Positions 1 to 9,700 of a stretch of DNA of 64,000 nt are shown piece by piece. How positions within the stretch are numbered: position 1 is the first letter of the stretch; each line of letters begins with the position of its first letter. This stretch comes from Daphnia carinata. Taxonomy: Eukaryota. The notes beneath the pieces were generated by a model, which was not told the DNA's origin, made no database searches, and was given only the letters and a program-made list of their open reading frames with translations. A program made the position numbers and the translations under genes. The stretch lies in the NCBI RefSeq assembly GCF_022539665.2, contig NC_081334.1, positions 2,914,001 through 2,978,000 of the forward strand. Direction: 5' to 3'.

Positions 1-28
1 ACTAGAAAAAAGCCAACTTGACATTATA

Positions 29-96
29 TGATTCATGGCTCATTGGTAAAGCATCGGCGTGGTATGCCGAACATCCAGGGTTCGATCCCTGAATAA
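29..96 (+). pseudogene. tRNA-like sequence (degenerate tRNA or tRNA-derived SINE head), nominal anticodon GGT
   Basis: A-box TGGCTCATTGG (36-46), anticodon arm TCGGC-GTGGTAT-GCCGA (54-70), T arm CAGGG-TTCGAT-CCCTG (76-91) with B-box. The T-loop is one nt short and the 3' acceptor strand overlaps the T stem, so it is not a canonical tRNA. Confidence 0.6.
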
Positions 97-306
97 TAAA
101 TGAATGCTTACAGATAAACGATAAACTAATGGAAACAATGCTTATCATCAAAGGTGGCATAAACAATGGTGAAATGAGCAAGCTAAATAAAAAAAAAGTT
201 GATAAATGTAATGTGTGAACACAGACAATGAAAATAACAAATTTTGCAAAAAACATTTTATAAAAAAAAATTTATTGACAATTCTCTGCACATTACAATT
301 ATTTTT

Positions 307-670
307 GCAACTTTAAAAAGGCACAATAGCCCTTTCAAAAGTTGCCGTCAACCCAGGCAGGGGGAGACACTGCCTTGTTGACCCACCGGGGAGATTACCC
401 GGTGATTGGCTAAGAGAAGCCGGAAGAAGAGCTGAAGATTTGGAACATTTTTACAGGAGCGATTAACCTTTAGTTCGGATTTGTGGGCAGCCACGTCACC
501 CTCCGTGAACACATCATCGGACTAAGCGGCACCCCACGTCCCCTTTCCGGCCAGAGCCCTCCAAACCTCGGTATACGTTGTTTTTATATATACCGTACAG
601 TAGGGGCATGACCCCCTACGGGCTTATTATGAGTCAAGGGGAAACGGGGCTTCAGAAAAGAAGGGAGCCC
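307..670 (+). ncRNA. Candidate structured RNA: GC-rich island of about 7 consecutive hairpins
   Basis: Stems GCAACTTT/AAAGTTGC (307-345), GTCAAC..AGGCAG/CTGCCT..GTTGAC (347-382), CACCGGG/CCCGGTG (384-404), TTAGTTCGG/TCGGACTAA (470-525), CGGTATA/TATACCG (569-595), GTAGGGG/CCCCTAC (600-619), GGGCTTC/GGAGCCC (647-670). Several non-Watson-Crick pairs are G-U on the + strand. Confidence 0.3.
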
Positions 671-1389
671 AGATATGCACTTCAATTTTTTTAATATCAA
701 ATACCGTCTGGGGAATCCGAATTAAGTATAGCAATGTCATGTCATCCATCCAATCAATACAATTTATTCAGTGTCTTGCCCCAACCAAGAATCTTTTCAG
801 ATCCAATGTTACTATTAACCTATATTGAGAAAAGAAAAACAATACCATTAAACACATCAATTGTTGATCATGGAACTTACATGACTTATAGATTCAACTT
901 CTGGTGGAAGCTTGGGAAAGGACATACAAATTGCAGATTAACTTCATTGTATAAGGCTCTTGAATGATAAACTAGCACCTGTAGAATGTTGCATTGTTGA
1001 TAGTTGTGTTCCCAGTACATGAAAATCCTTTCCTATTGGTTAAATTTTTTTTTGGTAGATAAGACCTGGTTGGCAAAAAGGAGGAGAAATTCTTCGTCAT
1101 AAATTCAAAATTATTTGAAGAAAAATCCTTTCATACCTAAAGAGTCCATGTATGATGTTCATCTCTGCAATAGCAGCAAAATTAAAACATCTTTAGGGCC
1201 ATTTAAGTACCCAGTTTCCCCAACACTCTGAACGTAAAGGACAAGTTGTTCTTTAGACAGAGAAGCAGAATTATTTGAGGCTTCTAGCTGTGACAGAACT
1301 ATAAAGGATTGCTGTTGTACTGGATTCATTAACACAAGATGTTACTTCTCATTAGGCAATTTGCATTACTCTATTAATTTACCTCACAC

Positions 1390-2142
1390 CTTACGGTAAT
1401 GCACTCTGTGTTTTTTCATCTGTAGGCTCACTCTTCCATCCTGTAACACTTCCAGACTTGATTTGATCCCCCGTTAAAATCTGTGAATGCAAAATAATAG
1501 CATGAAAAATACTTTTTCGATAGACAAAAAACCGAAAAGTAACTAATCAATGTTTCATGTTGAACTTGTGCCATTTCTGGGTTTCTGTACCACACCCATT
1601 TTCAGCCCAACTACGGTCCCACAATTCTTCAGTTCCTTCACTGCATGAGCTTATTACTAACGATTCTTTTAGTGCAGCACTAACAGAATTTAAATTTAAC
1701 ACACTGTCAGGTGGTGGACTGAATAACTAAGCAATAAATAATTTTTTTTTTAAATTTTTTACTTATTTTGAATTCTTATTTGAAAACTTTAGGTACCTGG
1801 CTGTGTTCGCCTAATGCCAACTCATCCTCACGTTCAGTTAGAGATGAGTTTTGAAAAACCTCCTTCACTTTTGGAAACTGTTCCATTCCAATTTGTTCTT
1901 TTCCCCTAGCTGAGCTTGAAGACTCAAAATTTGAGCTACAAAACACGAATGAATAAAAGCAAATAAATAGAATCATTACGTGTTAGGCCTACGATCCTTA
2001 GCTTTGTTATCTAATATTTTGTGTTGTTCCAATAACTGGGCCTGCAGCTTCATAATTTGATCTAATAAACAATAATTAATAATTGAAAACCAATATAATA
2101 ATGTTTATACTTACCATTTTTTTGTTTTATTATCTTATCCAT
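1390..2142 (-). pseudogene. Degenerate spliced gene of unknown family, coiled-coil-like N-terminus
   Basis: ATG at 2142 (MDKIIKQKN|GTAAGT), then short AG/GT-bounded exons (DQIMKLQAQLLEQHKILD..; a similar QILSLQAQLGEKNKLE.. in the next exon). The frame is not maintained downstream. No family recognised. Confidence 0.3.
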
Positions 2143-3608
2143 TTTTCAATTGTTCCTCCAGCCACGCGTTGTTCTCCAGCCACGCTACTCAATTAACTGC
2201 TAATGGGATACAATTAACTCAAATTGCTTACATGCATGTAATAACGAAACCGACTGATAGATGGCTACGGGTAGAAAAAAGAGAAAAAAGTGCGATTTTT
2301 TTTTTTTTTTCCGCCATTTTTTTAAAATTTTTTTATGTAAAACGGATTGCCATATTGCCATATTATGGCAATCCGTTTTACCCAAAATAAAAATAAAAAA
2401 CATTGTTTTTTTTTCTGTTTTACACGTCAAATAATTCTGTGATGCATATTTTTCAAGACATCTAGTGGACAAGTGGCTAACTCCGATTCGTTTTCATAGC
2501 CACCACGTCAGCTATTCTGCCAAAATTTCTATCAGCTGTTTCATTTCGCGTGGCGTCGGATTTAGGATGGAAGCATGAAATGAACGTCTTCCTTCTCGAA
2601 ATTTTACCGTCGATTTCGCCGTGCCTAGACCTGGATTTTGTGGGTTGAATCTGTGCTAAAAGGTAAGAGTAATTTCATTAACGGTATTATGGCAGCTATT
2701 CATTCGTAAACTATTGTGTAACACATTCTAAATTATTCAAAAGAGGAACATTGCTTAACTTAGCCAGCACGTTTTTGATCTCCATTAGTCAAATACACCG
2801 CTTCGGTGCATGGCTTGATTTAACCCAGTTTTTCATTTCTGTTAGGCAACTACACATTTGACACCAAAGGTGTTACTTGCAGCAGGCAGTTCTTAACAAT
2901 CTGTTCTCTTCTCTGGATCCTAGTCTGTGCAACCTGGATCTCTTAGATCCAAAATTTCTCAGATCCAGATTCCATAAGGTACTCGTAGGCTATCTTACAA
3001 TTTATGGTTTAGTTTTTAACTGTACTTCTAGATTTTTGGGAGATACCTGGTGTGACGTGGTGGCAACAGAGTCATTTGCCAGAAAGGAAAGCTGTTGATG
3101 TTCCATTATCAGTGTAAATGAAAAACTTCCAGTATCATTGTTGCATTGTTGGATTACTTACTCATTCAAGAAACGGAGAAAGATTCAAGATGAATTTGGT
3201 CATTTCTTTTTTCCTAAGTGGCTAGTCAAGTCTCTCTAGTCACATTGTCACATTGTGCTGGTCACTGAAAACTTGGGTTTACATACCTTCTTTGCCAATT
3301 GTGTTTTGAGATTCTTAGTTTTTTTTGTAGTTGACAGTAAATTTGAACAAAGAAAGAAAATTCGTAGCAATTTTTGTTTGCTATGGCTAGACTTTAAGTC
3401 AAACAAGTTGATAGAAAAAATAAGCTAAGTTTATCTTTTGACTTTTAATAAGTCATCTACCTTAAAAATGAAGTACACAAAACAAATATATAAATTTTAA
3501 ATTGTTTTTATTGTCCCACCTCCACCCTTCAATTCCACCACTATTTTAGATGACATAATATATATACATACAAATACATACATAAGTACATATATACACT
3601 TAACTAAA

Positions 3609-3946
3609 TTAACCTGTTGGCTGCCACGCCATGTAACTCGTACGTTGCTTAAGCTACGGTCGCTACATGTCGGGTCCGAAGGATCCCCGACCAAGGTGGG
3701 GCTTGTCCGAAGACAAGCCCGGGCTGGCACGGTGAAAGAGTCCATTCTGGGAATGCACACCCCAGGATATCTCTCACCGTGCCGACAAAGAGAAGTCCCT
3801 ACTGGTGCATTGCCTAGCGCCTAATGGCATAAAGCCATTAGGCGCAATGGCGACTGTTCCCCCCATGGCCATGAGGAGAACAGCGCCCAAGTCCCTACAA
3901 CTACCAAAAAAAATAGGAGCAAACGGCGTGGCAGCCAACAGGTTAA
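3609..3946. mobile_element. 330-bp element with perfect 18-bp terminal inverted repeats and TTAA flanks (piggyBac-type MITE geometry), internally folded into six hairpins
   Basis: TTAA(3609-3612)-CCTGTTGGCTGCCACGCC(3613-3630) ... GGCGTGGCAGCCAACAGG(3925-3942)-TTAA(3943-3946). CC..GG termini with TTAA flanks are typical of piggyBac-superfamily elements. No transposase ORF. Confidence 0.55.
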
Positions 3947-4000
3947 CTTATACACTAGAATGCAAAACAAAACAAAACAATACCAAGGCGAATCCCCTAG

Positions 4001-4465
4001 ATGGCGATGAGATGATGGCGATGAGATAACGGCGATGGAGGCGGCGATGGCGAAGGCGGCGATGGCGATGGAGACGGCGATGGCGAAGACGGCGATGGCG
4101 ATGGAGACGGCGATGGCGAAGACGGCGATGGCGATGGAGACGGCGATGGCGAAGACGGCGATGGCGATGGAGACGGCGATGGCGAAGACGGCGATGGCGA
4201 TGGAGACGGCGAAGAGGGAGACGGCGAAGGAGACGGCGATGGAGACGGCGATGGAGACGGCGATGGAGACGGCGATGGAGACGGCGATGGAGACGGCGAT
4301 GGAGACGGCGATGGAGACGGCGATGGAGACGGCGATGGAGACGGCGAAGGAGACGGCGATGGAGACGGCGATGGAGACGGCGAAGGAGACGGCGATGGAG
4401 ACGGCGATGGAGACGGCGATGGAGACGGCGATGGAGACGGCGATGGAGACGGCGATGGCGATGAG
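4001..4465. repeat. Hexamer-based tandem repeat (GGCGAT/GGAGAC; 12-mer ATGGAGACGGCG, 30-bp higher-order unit in the 5' part)
   Basis: Directly visible. Reads (Gly-Asp)n or METAn on + and (Ser-Pro)n on -. Confidence 0.95.
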
Positions 4466-5689
4466 GCGACTATCAGGATTTTCTTTTTATTGACCCTATG
4501 TAAATGTAACAGATGTAAAGGAATTAGATAAAAGAACAACAAATGAATTTAATAAAAGAGATCTAAGTATATTTATGGTTCACCGGGACTTTAAAAATGA
4601 TACAAGTAAATAACGAAAACTAGCTCGATCAGTTTCCCAGGATTACTGGGACCATAATATGAACAGACTGAAGACAGGGAATGTTACTTCTGTAAAATAG
4701 TTTTTCATTCAAAAGAAATCCTTTGCTAAATGGTTATCAAACATTCCATATGTTCAATCTTCTTCAAAAAGAGCTTGTCACAATCAGTTGTCATAAAGCG
4801 TTGTTAGTTGAACGTAGATTCAAAAAGTTCAAACAAACAAATATTTAGTACAACAAAAGTCATGATATTGAATACAAACTGCAAAAAGATTAATAATCCA
4901 TTTAGTTTATATTATTACGATACAGATGAAAAAGGCTGATAAGTTAAATACTGATAGCTCAGCTAGTGTGATCGTTATTGAAACAGTTAAGCCAATCCGT
5001 TAACCTCTACTTACAATTCTATGTAAGAGACTCACTGCCAAGTAATACTCAACAATTTGCCAACAATATTTCTGTTATGCTCTGAAGAAGAACTTAAAGA
5101 TATTTTACGCTACAAAAATCATACGGCTGATTTTCCAAAGCACCAGCTGAGCATCGACTTCTGTGTTCAACTTATCATTGCTGGTTTACATAAAACGCTT
5201 CCATCTTCCTAATTCTAACAATAAAGCAAAATAAAAATGCCTGAATAAAAATAATGATCGTATATTACTTACTCATTGATGTAGACGCACAAAACAGGGG
5301 GAAAACTAAAAAAAACAACAGGGCAAAAATGTTTGCATTGTGACATGGCTAATGGCGGACATGACAGACGACGGTAGCGTTCAATCTGTCGGGTTTTAAT
5401 GCGAAGCAACCGAGGTTTTAAATCTTCATACGATAACCATTCTCGAATTTTAAATATACCCCCAGTGATTGATTAGATTTTTAATTCAAGGTTCCTTAGT
5501 GTTTATATGCAAATTTCCGATGTTAACGAAGTAGTGTTATAAGTATGTGCAACTCGCGCGATCAACCAATAATGAAATAGCAAAACAAACACAAAAAAGC
5601 CGCTAACCCAATTCATGTATGATCAAAATGTTTAAAATGTTTGGAATATTAATGTTCATTTTTTACTTTTTGCCAAGTTGAAAAAAAAA

Positions 5690-6110
5690 AAAATACCGGA
5701 AGTGATCGGAAGTAGCCTATATCTCCAGAAATACTAGGCTCACAACAAAACGAATATGATTTTCGTGATCCTCGTGAAATTTAAGGTATGTCTGACCTAT
5801 TTTGACCTGTTTTTGGCCAAAAGTCCAATTTGGCCAAAATCGCGATTTTTCCTGAACTATAGTTCAGGGAAATTTGCGATTTTTGACGATTTTCGGGTAT
5901 TTTCTACTGACACATGGATTCGACCCCAAATTTCACGAGGATTACGAAAATGCCGGTCTTTTTTTGTTCAGACCAATAGATAGTGTGTTATTAAGCATTT
6001 TCAAACCGAATCTTAAACCGGAAGTTGAAATTTCGAAAATTTAAAAAGTGAACTATGTTCTTCTTTACAAGGTCTAGAAGATCTGCGCAGTTTCAAACGT
6101 TAACTATAGT
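5690..6110. mobile_element. Non-autonomous DNA-transposon-like fragment with internal 24-bp inverted repeat
   Basis: ATTTTCGTGATCCTCGTGAAATTT (5759-5782) versus AAATTTCACGAGGATTACGAAAAT (5928-5951), one mismatch. Repeated CGGAAGT and TTTGGCCAAA motifs. No termini or TSD identified. Confidence 0.35.
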
Positions 6111-6749
6111 AAATTAACATAACATGGTCTTTTAAAGTTGTTGAAGTTCAGGTTTCAGGTATGACTCATCACTTTAAAAGCATCAACCACTTTAAAGCAA
6201 TACCACACACATAATGATCCAGGCAAATATTTCAAAACCCTCACCTTTATTTGATATCCATCAGAATTAATTAGCTTCACACGATTACACTCAAGTTTAC
6301 ATTATTATTAAATAAAAACCTACAGCACAAGCACAATTCTGATACAACTTTTCGTAACAATGATTTGGGACATCTGGCGGCCGTAGTTAGACTTTGTAAA
6401 GCCAGATTCGTGAATATGTCAATAGCCTTCTCGTCGTTTGCATAAGATAATTTTTGTACCAAATAACATTAGAATCCAATAGATTCGTCCAATAAATCGG
6501 CGAAATGTTACGATGGCACTCGCAAGATAGAAAATGAAGTTCTAGCAATTGCAAGTGGATTTTTCATTCTAGATAGTTGGCCCAAAGCTGGTATAGCAAC
6601 CATGTCCCAGCTTTGAAAGAATACTACTTGTATGCAGTGGCACAGGCTGCGCGTAACTACTATAGGCAAATTTAGAATATGTTGATTTGAATGTAGACAA
6701 TGATGCATAACTATGTCAGCTACAATTACCACTTTTTAAACATTTACAC

Positions 6750-9700
6750 CCACCTGACAGATGAAATCCTCTGGTGCAGAATAACTCCTTCGTTTTTCTT
6801 GTCTGCCAGATTTTCCTTTTCACAGTATATCTCTGTGGAATGAGTGAATGGTTTCTTGTGGGAGGCCTTTCCAGTCACCCTACTTTGTCATTTTACACAG
6901 TGCTAACTATAAGAGATGTTCAAAGTTGAATTCAACCAACATAACATAATAACTAACTGATATACATTCCCACTATTGGTTTAAGGTAACCTTTCCTTTG
7001 CTAACCATTTTTTTTCCCAAATAAACAGCTCTATGCCTTATGTCCCAATATTTCAATGCCCAGTTCATTCCTCATCATCATTATTCTGGTCACTGTAAAA
7101 AAAAAAATATTTCATATCACACTTACAAAAACATATCATGCTTGTACTTATTAATGTGTGTACACCATTACAATAAGCTGAATTTAGAGCGTCACGCAAT
7201 CGATGTTGTAAACGGGTTGGCTGTACGGCAAGCACTATGTATTCTCTCGCAGTAGCTTTTTTTTTATACTAAAGAAGAAAATTTGGTTCTAGGGGCAAAA
7301 AAAAAAAGATAAAAAAGATAACACCAAGAAGTTAAACAGTAGAAACTATTAACTTACCAATCATTCAAGCACAATATTTTACAACTTTAGAAAGAGAGGA
7401 TTCAATTTCTGCACACTAATCAAATTGGAAGAGTCGTTATGTTTTTGAAGAAGCCCATACCTTGATTTAGGATAATTCACTTTCATTATCCCCCCATTAT
7501 TCTCGAAGGAAGCTTTCCCAGGTAGAACTTTGTTCAACCCTTGCTGGTAATTTCAGTGATCAATTCCTTGAAGTCAATGGGAATATTGTTAATACTTTTT
7601 TACCATGAAATTTTAATGGAAGCCATTAAGGGGTAGAAATCCAGTAGGTCATATCAGTTCCAATGCACTATTATCATGAAGTTCTTTTCCCTGCATAAAT
7701 TTTATCCACAGCAAATGGCTCTAAATCTAATATGCCTATATTAAACACATACCACAAGAATGGGCTGCAAACAACACCGCATGGCACACACAACACATAT
7801 CCTATACAACCTGCAGAAAGAAATTCATATGGACCTTATGAAATCACTGATACCTACTAACTCATTTGCGATATACAAAATTTGATACCATTTTCTGCTG
7901 ACTTGTTTAAAACGTGCATGGCGGTAAACTCGAAAGTTTTTACGACAAAGAAATTCCAGAACAGCACTAGACGAAGCAGATGTAACTATGATGGCAACTA
8001 ATGGTAATTTGAGTTTCGTCTGTTTGCCGCCACTGAAAGCTATGACATAATAAAACAAAAGCATCACTGAGATTTCTTTTGCATAATTTTTGTTTTGAAT
8101 GAATTCATACAACACTAAGATCCTTGAATGGGCTGATTTTACCTGGCATACACGGTTATAACAGAAGTTGCAGATGTCGTAGCCTTAACCTTTTTATACG
8201 ATGTTACAATTTAAAGTTATGGCCGGTTTACTTATAGGTTCCCAAAAAACAACGTTTAGAGAAACAGTTGGCTGCCATCTATTAACTAGCCTCCAACATG
8301 CTGCCATCTAGTAACGTCATAGTACGCAACTACTTTAAAGTTGTTTCCGAATTTGTTAACAGCTATTTCAGATATTTGTTTTATACAATTGAACTTGGCG
8401 TTCCAGAATAATCTCTGCTGGCGAACAACATTATTTGCGCCCACAACTCTTACGCCCAGCTGCATGTGCCCACACCAAGCATTCTGTGGGCTTCACTTCT
8501 AAAACACACTCAGCGATGAAAACAAACAGAAGCACCATTAGATTTTCTTAATTTTCCATTGGAATATGACATTTAACAGAAACTTTTGAACAAGCTTTCA
8601 CCGCTCCCACATAGTCAGCAAGTAAATAGTGGCACAGCAACGTCATCTTGTTTTCCAACTAACAACCGAAAAATTAATTAAAATTTTGCTTTTTTGAGAC
8701 AGGAACTGCACCGATATGAACTCTTTAAACACTTTTAGAGCGTGAGCTTTATACATACACTATAAAGTTAAGAATGAATTCCAGGAAACCAAATTCCAAA
8801 AATGAACTTAAGAATTTTGCACAATTGATATGTTCCAATATTTAAAAAATAAGTTATGGTTACTTTAAAATTTTAAGTACCCTCAATTAATCAATAACAA
8901 ACGAGATGCCAACGCCTTTGGAGCCTAATCCGAAAATTAACAGCAGCTGCAGGAGATCAGTAGGTTAGGCTTTGAACGCCATACCATCTATCGGGCTCCA
9001 TGTGCAGTTGGCAACCACCCCATCAACCGTACTCGAGGTCACATTCCGCCATCAACCAGACTTGGGGTCATGTTCATATATTAACTCTATCCAATCATTC
9101 CCAAAGTTCTATGTTGCATCCATCTGTACATAACTTTCTTATTAACCTCAGCACCATTTCCTCCTTCGATTCGTAGTAACTATTATGTAGCTAGACCCTT
9201 ACTTAAATGTTTAAGCAGCTACTTCTGAATGCTGAAATGAAGTGAAAATGGCAAACGAAGCTATTATCAGGATACATCTTTCCAAATGAGGTAGCAGATG
9301 GACATCAAGCTGGAATGAATTGTAAAAGACCTTATTCTACTTTAACATTAATACGAGGGTCTGCAATAAACAAAGAGATGCCTAGTCATACCTTACTTTA
9401 ACTGAGTTGCAATGACTTATTCCTGAACACTAAAATATGAAACCTGGTTTTGAACAAAAAGAAAAGTATTATTAATGAACAAAGTTGAAAAATTATCCAT
9501 TGAACCTACTATACTACTACTATCAAGATTCCATGTTTTGCCACTTCACTGCCCGCTACCTGTAATAGCGCCTAGTCCCGAAACAGTGAAAAAGAATCTT
9601 TAATTAAGGGATGGTATTGTTGCACAAAATATTTCACAGACAACCTTTTAGGTAATACAATGAATCAATTCAATTCTAGACATCTGATTGTCTATGGGTA

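Noticed and set aside
341..680. Group I intron or RNase MRP-like motifs in the first structured island (TCATCGGACTAAG, GCTTATTATGAGTC, ACGGGGCTTCA)
   Set aside because: R/S-like and CR-V-like words are present, but I could not build P4-P6 with a directly following P8, nor find a GAAAGTCCCC CR-I. Left unassigned pending an Infernal search.
3613..3942. Hammerhead ribozyme/retrozyme, 7SK, SRP or RNase P identity for the TTAA-flanked element
   Set aside because: I found no CTGANGA..GAAA core on either strand and none of the diagnostic motifs of those RNAs.
3997..4542. ORFs encoding METAn (+) or extensin-like SPn (-)
   Set aside because: Both are automatic readings of a stop-free hexamer repeat, with no independent support as standalone genes.
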